From the UHGV virus genome UHGV-1455077: 64,000 nucleotides of DNA. One strand, written 5' to 3'. Source of the DNA: a virus. Positions within the stretch are counted from its first letter, which is position 1, and each line of letters opens with the position of its first letter. Under the pieces are notes generated by a model. That model saw only the letters and a list, made by a program, of their open reading frames with translations. It did not search any database and was not told the DNA's origin. Of the stretch, positions 19,587-30,032 are shown piece by piece. A program made the position numbers and the translations under genes.

Positions 19587-20034
19587 TTTTACAAACGATT
19601 TACATAAACATAAATTAATTTTACGAGGAGTATTATATAATTTAGCAAATCAATTAAAAGAACGTGCTGATAATCACGACAATTCAAAATATGATAAAGA
19701 AGAAAAAGAAGTATTTGAAAGCATTGATAATATTAAAAGAGAAGATTTTGATTCTTATGAAGAATATTATAATTGTACAAAACCTCTTATTCAAAAAGCA
19801 TTAGACCATCATTATGCTAAAAATAGGCATCACCCTGAACATTTTGAACACGGTGTTGAAGATATGAATCTTTTAGATATTTTAGAAATGGTTGTTGATT
19901 GGGATTCCTCTGCATCTTGCAGAGGAACTGAATTAGATACCGATTATTCTTTTAAAAGATTTAAAATTACCCCACAACTTCAAAAAATTATATTAAATAC
20001 TTTAAAAATACTTTATGATGAAGATAAAAAATAA
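19579..20034 (+). CDS. HD-domain phosphohydrolase-like protein
   Basis: 151 aa; RADNHDNSKYD (H..HD..K) and downstream His/Asp cluster. Confidence 0.45.
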   Translation: MSNFTNDLHKHKLILRGVLYNLANQLKERADNHDNSKYDKEEKEVFESIDNIKREDFDSYEEYYNCTKPLIQKALDHHYAKNRHHPEHFEHGVEDMNLLDILEMVVDWDSSASCRGTELDTDYSFKRFKITPQLQKIILNTLKILYDEDKK

Positions 20035-20086
20035 TGCAAAAGTATTATAAATTATATATAATGAGTTAAATTTATAAAGGGGTAAA

Positions 20087-21436
20087 ATGATTATACCAAA
20101 TAACTTTGATGAACAAGACCAAAAATCACTAATTCAATTTTTGTTTAGTGAGCCATCTTTGTTTATCCGAGCAAAACCGATTTTAAAACCAGAATATTTT
20201 GATAAAAAATTTCAAGAAACAATTCAATATTTACTTGATTTTTCAACTGAATATAGTACATTGCCAACTGTTGAGCAATTGAATAATAATTCCAGAATTG
20301 ACTATCAAAAAGTTGAAGGTTTATCTGATACAAACATTCAAAAATCTGTATTAGATATGGCGGAATGGTTTTGTAAAAAAAGAGGTTTAGAAATTGCAAT
20401 TGAAGAATGTTATGAACGTATTTCTAAAGGCGATACCTCTGGAATTGACCAACGAATTAGAGAAGCTCAAATGATTTCTTTAACAAGAGATTTAGGTATT
20501 AATTACTGGGATAATACGGCAGAATGGTTACATAAAATTGATAAAGAAATGGGAGTTATTCCAACAGGTTGGACAGAATTTGATAAACTCTTTAATGGTG
20601 GATTTTCTTGGGGTCAATTAAATTATGTTGTTTCTCCATCTGGTGGTGGTAAATCATTATGTATGGCTAATTTAGCATTAAATTGGTCTTTAATGGGTTT
20701 TAATGTTCTTTATTTTACATTAGAATTAGATAGAGAATTAGTCGGTAAAAGAATTATGGCAATGGAAAGAAATGTTGCATATTCTGACATTTCATTAAAA
20801 GCAGATGCATTATGTGAACAAGTTCAAATTAAAAAATTAAAAGACCATCCAGGAGTTATTCAGATTATTGATTTACCTCGTGGTGCAACACCTACTGATA
20901 TACGTTCACAATTACAAAATTTTGAATTAGAAACAAAAATTATTCCAGAAATATTAATATTTGACTATGCTGGAATTATGAATCCTTCTGATAGAAAAGT
21001 TGATGTGAATAATATTCATTTAAGAGACAAAAATATTGCTGAAGAATTACGAGAAATCGCTAGGGAAAGAACTCATAATAATAAAAGAACTATGTGTATA
21101 TCAGCAAACCAAATTACAAAAGATGGTGCTTCTGAAATGGAATTTACTCAAACTGATATTGCAGGCGGTTCAACATTAGTACATACTTGTGATAATTTAT
21201 TTTCAGTAAGAACAAATGAAAGTATGCGGCAACGTGGAGAATATGAATTTAAAATTATTAAAAGTCGTAATGCAGGTTGTACGGATGTTAAATTTAAAAT
21301 GGGATATAATTCTAAAACATTAAGAATTTCAGATTTTTCAATGATAGGAAAAGATATTCCTGATAATTCTAATAATTCAACTTCTGTTTTATCAGCACTT
21401 AAAACATTAGAACAATATAAAGAAAAGGGAGAATAA
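20087..21436 (+). CDS. replicative DNA helicase, DnaB family / T4 gp41-like
   Basis: 449 aa; Walker A SPSGGGKS; VLYFTLELDRELVGKRIMAME parallels gp41/DnaB RecA-like core. Confidence 0.8.
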   Translation: MIIPNNFDEQDQKSLIQFLFSEPSLFIRAKPILKPEYFDKKFQETIQYLLDFSTEYSTLPTVEQLNNNSRIDYQKVEGLSDTNIQKSVLDMAEWFCKKRGLEIAIEECYERISKGDTSGIDQRIREAQMISLTRDLGINYWDNTAEWLHKIDKEMGVIPTGWTEFDKLFNGGFSWGQLNYVVSPSGGGKSLCMANLALNWSLMGFNVLYFTLELDRELVGKRIMAMERNVAYSDISLKADALCEQVQIKKLKDHPGVIQIIDLPRGATPTDIRSQLQNFELETKIIPEILIFDYAGIMNPSDRKVDVNNIHLRDKNIAEELREIARERTHNNKRTMCISANQITKDGASEMEFTQTDIAGGSTLVHTCDNLFSVRTNESMRQRGEYEFKIIKSRNAGCTDVKFKMGYNSKTLRISDFSMIGKDIPDNSNNSTSVLSALKTLEQYKEKGE

Positions 21437-21448
21437 ATTCTCCCTTTT

Positions 21449-22891
21449 TTATATTTCAACTCCAGCAATTCGTAAAGTTTCATTAATTTCATCATCAAAT
21501 TCACTTGTATCATTACATTCTGATACTTTATATCCATTGGCAAACATAGCTTTTCTTTGAGCATCAGCGGCTTTTTTAGTTTTAAATTTACCGTGTGTTC
21601 CTTCTTTACCTTTATTTGTCCAACCTGAACCTGATTTAACTGTATCTTCTTCTAATTCATCATCTTTTTCAAATAATTCTTCTTTATCTAATTCTTTTGA
21701 TTGTTTATTTTTATAATCACTAAAATCTTTTTTTAATTTTTCGTGTTTATCTTTAATTCTTTTCATTTTTTCATCTTCGCATTTATTACATTCTTTATCA
21801 GAATCTTCTGCTTCTTCAAAAGGTTGTGTTGCTCCATCTAAATAAGGGTCTTCACCTTTCATTAATCTTTCAAATTCTTCTCGTGTCCATTCATTACCAT
21901 ATTGGTCAACAATTGTTCCATCTGATTTAACATTTTTTATCATTGGTTTTTCATCTTGAACTTGTTCATAAGAATCTTCAAAAGGTTGTGTTGCTCCATC
22001 TAAATAAGGGTCTTCAATACCGTGAGCATTTCCTGCTAAAGCTCCTGCCATTGCCGCACCTGCAATTGCACCTTTAGCAAATTTACCAGCTTTTTTCAAA
22101 CCACTTTTAAAATCTTCATCAATTTCTTTAGATTTTCCAAATATTCTTTTATATTCTGCATAATATTCATCAAAATTATCTAAATCATCTTTAGAAACTC
22201 TACCAAATCTATCACCTTGAGCATATTTTACTTTAGCAATAATTTTAGCTTTTTTAATTTGTTCAGGATTACCTTGCCCAAAAAATGCACCCTCTTTTTT
22301 ATTAGAATTTTCATCTCTAATAAATCCTGCCTTTGGAATATAATCCATAACTGATTCATTTACTTTTTTTTCATCATCTTTATTTTCTGATTTTTCTTCT
22401 TTAGAATCTTCTTTTTCACTTTTTACTGAATCTTCTTTATTAGTATCTTCTGATTTTTCTTCATATTTAAATTCTGAAAAATTTGGACTTACTTTTTTAG
22501 ATTGTGAAGATTCAGAATTATCTGTTTTCACAGAAGATTTTTCAATTTTTGGAGTTTCAGCTTTATCTGCACTTTCACTTGATTTTGAAAATTCAAAAGA
22601 AGCATTATTTTTAAATACTCCTGAATTTCCTGTTGGTAAAATTTGTTCACCTTTTTCACCATCGCTATCTATATCTCCAAATGCAGAAGCATCTAATTGT
22701 TCCCAACCTTTTGATGTTGAAGCCTTTGGTAATTTCACAGGCTTATCATTATAAGGCATATCGGCTTCCATAACTGCTTTAATTTTATGATTATTAACTG
22801 TCATAAAATTAACAAATTCATTTAAATCATTGAAATGTTTAATTCCTTTTCTTCCTGAATTTGTTTCAATTGCCATTCTAAAACTATTCAT
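21449..22891 (-). CDS. K/E/D-rich disordered protein with internal repeat and DUF2188-like C-terminus
   Basis: 480 aa; EDPYLDGATQPFE repeated twice (40-bp DNA direct repeats near 21827 and 21985); C-terminal GWTNKGKEGTHGKFKTKKAADAQRKA. Confidence 0.5.
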   Translation of the reverse strand: MNSFRMAIETNSGRKGIKHFNDLNEFVNFMTVNNHKIKAVMEADMPYNDKPVKLPKASTSKGWEQLDASAFGDIDSDGEKGEQILPTGNSGVFKNNASFEFSKSSESADKAETPKIEKSSVKTDNSESSQSKKVSPNFSEFKYEEKSEDTNKEDSVKSEKEDSKEEKSENKDDEKKVNESVMDYIPKAGFIRDENSNKKEGAFFGQGNPEQIKKAKIIAKVKYAQGDRFGRVSKDDLDNFDEYYAEYKRIFGKSKEIDEDFKSGLKKAGKFAKGAIAGAAMAGALAGNAHGIEDPYLDGATQPFEDSYEQVQDEKPMIKNVKSDGTIVDQYGNEWTREEFERLMKGEDPYLDGATQPFEEAEDSDKECNKCEDEKMKRIKDKHEKLKKDFSDYKNKQSKELDKEELFEKDDELEEDTVKSGSGWTNKGKEGTHGKFKTKKAADAQRKAMFANGYKVSECNDTSEFDDEINETLRIAGVEI

Positions 22892-23025
22892 TGTATTTAA
22901 TCCTTTAAAAAGTCTATATTTGATATTATTATTTATGCTATTTTAATGTTAGTTAATATTTTTTATGAATTATAATAAATATATTCAGATACAAAAATTT
23001 GTATCATTAATTTAAGGAGAAAAAA

Positions 23026-23433
23026 ATGGATTATGGTTTCGGTAAAACTTATACACTTCCTAACAAATTTACTGCTTTGAACGGTTGTGTACAATATTAT
23101 ACAGTTGTATTCACAAATGTTGTTGTTGATAAAACTCAATCAGCATTAGATACAGATGCTAAAAAAGCAGAAGCAGAAGCAAACTTATTAAGAGCTTTAG
23201 AAGTTTTAAGAACATATGGTGGTCAGCCAATTATCACCGTTGTTGATAACAAAACAATTAAATTCACTTTAGAACAAGCTAATGTTTATGGTGATGCTTC
23301 TAAAACTCAACCATCTGCTAAAAATTTATTAACTGATGCTGAAGCTCAAATTGAAGCTTTATTTGCTAATTTAAAAGCAGTTGATGGCTCAACATCATTT
23401 GCTTGTACAGCAACTGTTGAAGAAGTATTTTAA
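23026..23433 (+). CDS. hypothetical small abundant protein (strong RBS, own terminator)
   Basis: 135 aa; AAGGAG RBS; AATAAATAT motif upstream; terminator downstream. Confidence 0.5.
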   Translation: MDYGFGKTYTLPNKFTALNGCVQYYTVVFTNVVVDKTQSALDTDAKKAEAEANLLRALEVLRTYGGQPIITVVDNKTIKFTLEQANVYGDASKTQPSAKNLLTDAEAQIEALFANLKAVDGSTSFACTATVEEVF

Positions 23434-23458
23434 TTTAGGATTATAAGTTAAAACATTT

Positions 23459-23495
23459 AAAAAGAGAGAGTTTAATAACTCTCTCTTTTCTTTTA
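23459..23495 (+). terminator. rho-independent terminator
   Basis: aagagagagtttaataactctctctt + T-rich tail. Confidence 0.75.
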
Positions 23496-23554
23496 TCCAA
23501 TACTGTATTCAATAAATAATTCTATATAGATAAAAATTTATTAGAGGATTAATT

Positions 23555-25942
23555 ATGAATCAATTATATAAACTTTTTAATGTAAAATCAGATAGAGAAT
23601 ATAGAAAAGTTATGGAAAATATGGATTTATCTCCATATGATATGTTTAAAATTGAAGATATTGCAAACAACGGACAAGATTTAACTGAACAACGTCAATT
23701 AGTTTTAAGTTTGCTTGCATTGACAACTAATGATAATTATAAATTTTGCAAAAATCAATTTAATAAAAACAATACTCCACGTAAATTAAAAGAAAATGTT
23801 ACTGTTCCACAAGAACAATCATTAACATTAAATGACATTATGGAACTTAATGATATAATTGATTTAGTTGCAAAAAAATGCCATAATAATAAGATGGCAT
23901 ATCAACAATTATATCAAGTTGTTGCAAAATCAACAAGTAAAAATATTGCTAACGCATTTTTTAATATGGCATTTAACGCTCAAAATACAGATGACAATTT
24001 AAAATTTAATACAGATTTAGTTGTTGATAATCAAAATGTTGCTCAAGCAATTTATCAAATTAAATCATTAATTAAATCAGCACTTAATTCAATTCAAGAA
24101 CCAAAAAAAGAAGAAAAAATTAATGAATCTGTTTTAAATGAAGATAACTTTCCTGAAGCAGTAAAAAATATATATGCTTTATTTCACAGCAATAATAATG
24201 TTGATGATTTAAATAAAATTATTTCAATGTTGGATAATAAAATTAATGTTTCTCGTTCAACAAAAGAAAAGAATTTTTTTAATTCTATTAAAACAAATGT
24301 AATTGCAAAATTAAATAAATTAAAAAAAGATAATGTTACAGAATGTTTAGCAAGTAATGTTGTTTCTACTGCTGTTGAAGAAGATACATTTAATGGCTTA
24401 TTAGATGATTTAGCAAAGCCAACTATTATTAATATAACTGTTAATAAAGAAACAGGAAATATTGATGATGTTCAACCAGTTTTAAATGATACACCAAATA
24501 TGGATTTAATTAATGGTGTTCAAGCTGTTCAGCCTTTAACATTATCACCAACTGCAATTGATGCTCCAATTTTACAAAAACCAGACCAAGCATCTGTTGT
24601 TTCTGCATTATCAGCATTATCTTCACATTTAAATGATACTAAATCAGATTCTCGTGAAAATAATTTAGAATGTTTACAAACAATCAATACATTATTAAAT
24701 CAAATATCATCATATTTTAATAGTTTACTTTCAGAAAGCAAAATGAAAATTAACAATGATGGCGTAATGGAACTTAATGAAGCAGATATTTTTGAACATA
24801 ATGCAAAACCTGATTTCACATATACTTTTCAAACACCAGATAATCACTATATTGAATTTAGTGGATATAAATTAAATGATAATTCATATGATATTGATTT
24901 AATGGATGAAGATTATAATTATATTACAACTTCTGAATTTACAAAAAATGGAGCTTCGGATAATAATATTAAAAATAATATTATTAAAATGAAACAAAAT
25001 TGGAATTTAATTGAAAAAGCATTAATAAACAAAATTAATACTTATAATGAAGATTTTCAACTTTCAGAAGATGTTGATTCAAAAAAACTTTTCAAAAATG
25101 ATGATGCAATAGCTCGTTTACAAAATGAAATTATTCGTCTTAAACAAAAATTAAAAGAACCAACATCTGATAAAAAATACTATGGTGTTAAATTATCATA
25201 TGCTGAAACTAAATTAAGAAAATTATTAGCCAAAAATGATGAAATAATGAATGAAGAAACTGTTTTTGACCATTCTTGGTATGAAAATGATGATGGAGAT
25301 TTTCCAAAAAGAACAAAAGAAGGTGTAATCATTGAAGATGAAGAAGTTGATGAAACTTGTTCTGCTGGAGCTACTGGGGCAGGAAATGTTGCAATGACAT
25401 CTCTTCCGATTGGTAAAAAAAGAAAATTATCAATAGGAGAATCTTTATTATTAAAATTTATTAAAGAAGGTCGTGATTGTACATCAATTTTTGATGGTCA
25501 TCATTATATGTTAAAAAATGGCTATCTTTATAAAGATGCTCAATTAGTAAAAACAAAAAACTTAAATGAAATGGTTGAATTTATTCAAGGAAATGTTGAT
25601 TTACCAATATTAGATGGGTTTTTACCAATGCATTTAGATATGATGTTAGAAGAAGATGTTAATAATCCAAATGAACTTTCAGATATGGATTTAACTCCTG
25701 AACAACGTCAATTAAAACAAAAGCAAGAACAAGATTTAGATACTCGTATTGATTCGGGGACAGATACAAAAGTATCTGTTGAAAATACAGATGATAATAA
25801 GATTGAATTAAATCAAGAATTAGTTGGCGTTGATGATACAGATATTAACAATAAACAATATGTTGTAAAAAATCCATCAACAAATAAAATTAAAATTGTT
25901 AAATCAAGTCAAATTAAAACTACTGATGACCAAGGAATTTAA
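23555..25942 (+). CDS. large hypothetical protein
   Basis: 795 aa, no recognisable motif. Confidence 0.5.
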   Translation: MNQLYKLFNVKSDREYRKVMENMDLSPYDMFKIEDIANNGQDLTEQRQLVLSLLALTTNDNYKFCKNQFNKNNTPRKLKENVTVPQEQSLTLNDIMELNDIIDLVAKKCHNNKMAYQQLYQVVAKSTSKNIANAFFNMAFNAQNTDDNLKFNTDLVVDNQNVAQAIYQIKSLIKSALNSIQEPKKEEKINESVLNEDNFPEAVKNIYALFHSNNNVDDLNKIISMLDNKINVSRSTKEKNFFNSIKTNVIAKLNKLKKDNVTECLASNVVSTAVEEDTFNGLLDDLAKPTIINITVNKETGNIDDVQPVLNDTPNMDLINGVQAVQPLTLSPTAIDAPILQKPDQASVVSALSALSSHLNDTKSDSRENNLECLQTINTLLNQISSYFNSLLSESKMKINNDGVMELNEADIFEHNAKPDFTYTFQTPDNHYIEFSGYKLNDNSYDIDLMDEDYNYITTSEFTKNGASDNNIKNNIIKMKQNWNLIEKALINKINTYNEDFQLSEDVDSKKLFKNDDAIARLQNEIIRLKQKLKEPTSDKKYYGVKLSYAETKLRKLLAKNDEIMNEETVFDHSWYENDDGDFPKRTKEGVIIEDEEVDETCSAGATGAGNVAMTSLPIGKKRKLSIGESLLLKFIKEGRDCTSIFDGHHYMLKNGYLYKDAQLVKTKNLNEMVEFIQGNVDLPILDGFLPMHLDMMLEEDVNNPNELSDMDLTPEQRQLKQKQEQDLDTRIDSGTDTKVSVENTDDNKIELNQELVGVDDTDINNKQYVVKNPSTNKIKIVKSSQIKTTDDQGI

Positions 25943-25951
25943 GGATAAAAA

Positions 25952-28486
25952 ATGAAATTAGAACAAATTATTACAGAGAATTTTCAAACTGTTTCTATTA
26001 ATGGTATTCTTTATTCATTAAATACTGATGAAAAAGCAATTTATGATAAAATTAAAAAAGAAGAAAATAAAAAATTATTTAAAAAAGATTTAGATGAATT
26101 TAGTCAAAGAATTGCTTCTGGATTAGTTACTAAAGGTATTTTACAACGTAGAAAAAATCCACAACACGAAATTTATTTTACAACTCGTGGACGTAGAAAA
26201 AATGCTGTTTTCAATAGACCATTGGAAGAAGTTGCTCCACCAGATATTGCAAGTGAAAAATGGATTAATAAAAATAAAGAAAAATTTAAAGAAAAATATG
26301 GAAGTAATTATAAAAAATATCTTTATGGTAAAGCTTGGAATATGTATAATGGAAAAGGTTTATCAGAAAGTTATAATGTTTTACTTGAAGGCATTACTGA
26401 ATTACAAAAATATTTTCCAAAAATTCCTTTAAAAAGAATTCAGGAATTAGTCGCTCTTGACCCAACATATAAGGGTGGTAATGAATTGGGTACATATGGT
26501 AAATGGATTTTAAAATTAGTTAATAATAATTTAAAAAATGAAGAAAATATTAAACAATTTGAAGAACTTAAAAAGAAATATCCAGATGGAATTAATCCAA
26601 AATCAGGTCAACCATTTATGCAACCAAAATTATTACCAGCTATTAAAGATGAAGACTTATATAAAATTACTGATTCATTAAAGCAATATAATATTAATAA
26701 AAAAGAAATTGGTAAGCCAATTGATTCTTTTCAAACATTACAAGATTTGGATAAAGAATTAAGCACTATTAAACAATCTGGAATACCAACAAATGAATTA
26801 GCATTAAAACGTTACAATATTGCTAAAAAAGGCGTTGAAAAAGGATTTAAAATAGTATACGAAGATGCAGATTGGTTAGTTGGTATTCCAACAACTAAAG
26901 AATCATCTTGTTTATTTGGTGATGATACATCTTGGTGTACAACTTCACCAGGTCAAAGTTATTATGAACATTATACAAAAGATGGGCCTTTATATATTAA
27001 TTTAAATAAAAATACAGGTCAACTATATCAATTCCATTTTGAAACAGATTCTTTTATGGATGAACACGATAATGAAGTTAATATTTTGAAATTATCTCGT
27101 AAATTTTCAAACGATTTAGTTAAATTTTATGATAATGTTGTTAAAAATGGAATTAACAATAATAAAACTAAAGATAAATTTATTCAATATCGTTATTTAT
27201 TTAATGATGATGATTTTGAAAATAATGATTTAGAAGATTATAAAGAAACACTCAAAAGTCGCCCATATTCTATTCAGTATATTCGTAACCCAACACAAGA
27301 ACTTATTGATATAGCAATCCAAGTATCTCCTTCAGTTATTAAATATATTGAACATCCAACACAAGAACAAATAGATTTATATATTAAAGAAAATCCAAGA
27401 GAAGCCATACATTTTATGGATACATTTTCGGATGAAAAATTATTAGAAATTATAAAAGAAAGAAATGATTTATTTAAATATTTTTATAATAAAGATGTTT
27501 CTCGTTTTACACCTGATTTATTTAATAAAGCATTAGATGTTTTAGATTTAACAAAAGATGATGATATTTTAAATACTAATTTTTCAGAAAAAGATGTATT
27601 TACAATTGTTAATAAATTTTTTAATATTAAAAATACAGACTATTATTCTAAAGAAAATTTAAAACTTTGTGTTAGATTATCAAAAATTGATATTAACAAT
27701 GTGCCAGAAGATATGAGATATAAATTATTAGTTATATATCCAAAACTTTTTGAAAACCTTAATGAAATTAGAGAAATTGATATGCAAGCACTCGTAGATA
27801 CTGCTAAAAATCAATATAATATTGGCGATACATCTGATTTAGAAATTAATTCAAATATTAAAACTATTTCAAAAAAATGTATTAATTTATTATTTAAATA
27901 TGTAAAAATAATAATACAAAAAGGTTTTAGTGTTTATATATCATCATTTTATGAATTTTTTAGTGTTGAAGATGCTATAAAATTTATAAAAATATTACCA
28001 GGTAATTTAACAAATATTGTATATAGCTTTGTTGAAGATACTGATAAATTTATTTCATTAATTAATACTTTATTTACATCTGAATTTGATTTTATAAAAT
28101 CTAATTATGTTAACAATGGATTGCTAAATAGATTAAGAAACTTAATTTTAAATGATATTCTTCCTGTTTATAATCGTTTAGATGAAGATGCCAAAAATAA
28201 TATTTTAGAGGTATTTATTGATAATATGGTATCAAAAGAACATAAATATTCAAGAGATTATAAATTATTAAAGAGATTTAATATTGACATACCTTATAAA
28301 TTACAAAAGAAAATAGCCGTTTTATCACCTGAAAGCGTTGTTGGAATTAAAAATTTAGATATTAGACTTCAAAAAGCATTGATTGAAAAAAATCCATTTA
28401 ATATTAAATTTATAAATAATCCAGATGCCGAAATTATTAAAATGGCATATGAAAAAGACCCTGATACAAAAAATTATATTAGATAG
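25952..28486 (+). CDS. large hypothetical protein with DUF4116-like tandem repeats
   Basis: 844 aa; repeats YIRNPTQELIDIAIQVSPSVIKYIEHPTQEQIDLYIKENP and C-terminal NPDAEIIKMAYEKDPDTKNYI; central DTSWCTTSPGQ block. Confidence 0.5.
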   Translation: MKLEQIITENFQTVSINGILYSLNTDEKAIYDKIKKEENKKLFKKDLDEFSQRIASGLVTKGILQRRKNPQHEIYFTTRGRRKNAVFNRPLEEVAPPDIASEKWINKNKEKFKEKYGSNYKKYLYGKAWNMYNGKGLSESYNVLLEGITELQKYFPKIPLKRIQELVALDPTYKGGNELGTYGKWILKLVNNNLKNEENIKQFEELKKKYPDGINPKSGQPFMQPKLLPAIKDEDLYKITDSLKQYNINKKEIGKPIDSFQTLQDLDKELSTIKQSGIPTNELALKRYNIAKKGVEKGFKIVYEDADWLVGIPTTKESSCLFGDDTSWCTTSPGQSYYEHYTKDGPLYINLNKNTGQLYQFHFETDSFMDEHDNEVNILKLSRKFSNDLVKFYDNVVKNGINNNKTKDKFIQYRYLFNDDDFENNDLEDYKETLKSRPYSIQYIRNPTQELIDIAIQVSPSVIKYIEHPTQEQIDLYIKENPREAIHFMDTFSDEKLLEIIKERNDLFKYFYNKDVSRFTPDLFNKALDVLDLTKDDDILNTNFSEKDVFTIVNKFFNIKNTDYYSKENLKLCVRLSKIDINNVPEDMRYKLLVIYPKLFENLNEIREIDMQALVDTAKNQYNIGDTSDLEINSNIKTISKKCINLLFKYVKIIIQKGFSVYISSFYEFFSVEDAIKFIKILPGNLTNIVYSFVEDTDKFISLINTLFTSEFDFIKSNYVNNGLLNRLRNLILNDILPVYNRLDEDAKNNILEVFIDNMVSKEHKYSRDYKLLKRFNIDIPYKLQKKIAVLSPESVVGIKNLDIRLQKALIEKNPFNIKFINNPDAEIIKMAYEKDPDTKNYIR

Positions 28487-28495
28487 GAATATACA

Positions 28496-29536
28496 ATGAT
28501 AAGAATGATAAAATTAGTTAACCAAAAACCTTTACATAAACAAATTATCCAAGAAGATTGGGGTAAACTTATTGTTCTTGATAAAAATGTACGTAATATT
28601 CTTTCAGGATGGAACACATCATCTTCTGATTTAGGAAAAGATGCTGAAGTAAAAGTTGTTCAAACATCAGGAAAAGAATTATGGTCTATATTAAATGAAG
28701 ATAATATATTAGGTGTTGTTATTAGATATAAGCAAGACAGTTTAATTCTTATTACAAATAATTATTCTAATGAATTTAAAATTAGAGAATTAGCTGATTT
28801 AGAAGATATTAATTCAAATATTACCTATTATGAAAATCGTTTATCTGTGCCAAGAACTTTTAAAAGTGAATCAGGATGTGTAAAATTATGTAATTCTATT
28901 ATTAAGTTTTTAGCATCATTATCATCGGTTAATCCTGATGAATTTTCTGACATTCCTAATACAACAAAAGAAATTGCATCTAAAATTAATTTTCAAATTG
29001 TTTATGAAGATTTAGAAAGAAATAAAAAACAGGCAGAAAGAAAAAAACTATCGTCATATAAAAATACAGTTAATCGAAATAATATTTCTACACCTTCAAA
29101 TTATGCAATGGAATCAGGAACTTTAAAACAACGTTTAAAGGATTTCCTTGAAAATAGATTACCTAATTATAATGATATTTCACAACTTCCAAAAGATATG
29201 AAGTTATTTAAAGAAAATACTCAATTTAAATTATTTGGTTGTGTTTATAAATTTGAAGGTTATAATAGCAGTTCATTGAAAAAACTTCTATTAAATAAAA
29301 CTGGTTATATTAATTTTGAGAATGAATATCGTTATAATTATAAAGACCACTTTAATGAATATCCAAAAGATATTGTATTTGAAATTGGTTTAAATAATCA
29401 ATATCAATTATATGTTAAAAATATATATTTTTATGCTGGTAGCAATTATTCATATTCTATTGATGAATTACAACCAATAGAACAATTTACAGCTTATATA
29501 GCTAATATAAAAAATAAATCTAATGACGAAGAATAA
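28496..29536 (+). CDS. hypothetical protein
   Basis: 346 aa. Confidence 0.45.
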   Translation: MIRMIKLVNQKPLHKQIIQEDWGKLIVLDKNVRNILSGWNTSSSDLGKDAEVKVVQTSGKELWSILNEDNILGVVIRYKQDSLILITNNYSNEFKIRELADLEDINSNITYYENRLSVPRTFKSESGCVKLCNSIIKFLASLSSVNPDEFSDIPNTTKEIASKINFQIVYEDLERNKKQAERKKLSSYKNTVNRNNISTPSNYAMESGTLKQRLKDFLENRLPNYNDISQLPKDMKLFKENTQFKLFGCVYKFEGYNSSSLKKLLLNKTGYINFENEYRYNYKDHFNEYPKDIVFEIGLNNQYQLYVKNIYFYAGSNYSYSIDELQPIEQFTAYIANIKNKSNDEE

Positions 29537-29562
29537 TTAATTTATTTAAACTATAAATATTA

Positions 29563-29598
29563 AAAAATCCATCATAAATATTATTATGATGGATTTTT
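29563..29598 (+). terminator. rho-independent terminator whose 3-prime arm contains the ATG of the next ORF
   Basis: aaaatccatcataa-atatta-ttatgatggatttt + TTTTT; preceded by TATAAATAT at 29552..29560. Confidence 0.6.
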
Positions 29599-30032
29599 CT
29601 GAAATTAAACAAAAGATTTTAACTGATGATAATGTTGCATCAGCGTTTGAATATATGCTATCAAAAATGATTTTTGAAAATCCTGTAAAACCATTACAAT
29701 TCATATATAAGAAATGTAAAATTGCTACGGGAAAAAATAATTTATATTCAATATATGATGCTAAGACAGGCGTTAAATTATATAATAAAATTTATTTTCA
29801 AGAAGTTGCCAAATATGTAGTCGATAATCTTAATTGTTATGGAAAAATTTCTCATATATTATTTTTAGAAAATGAGCTTATTAGATATAAAGAAAAAATA
29901 GATTTTTTTAAAAAATATTATATGCAGAAAAAAACAGATATTTTAGGAATTAAATTATCTGCAATGTATGATTCATATTTTCAAATTAAAAATAGTTTAT
30001 TAAATGTTCTTAAAGAGAATATTGGATATTAA
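29586..30032 (+). CDS. hypothetical protein
   Basis: 148 aa; start codon inside hairpin. Confidence 0.35.
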   Translation: MMDFSEIKQKILTDDNVASAFEYMLSKMIFENPVKPLQFIYKKCKIATGKNNLYSIYDAKTGVKLYNKIYFQEVAKYVVDNLNCYGKISHILFLENELIRYKEKIDFFKKYYMQKKTDILGIKLSAMYDSYFQIKNSLLNVLKENIGY

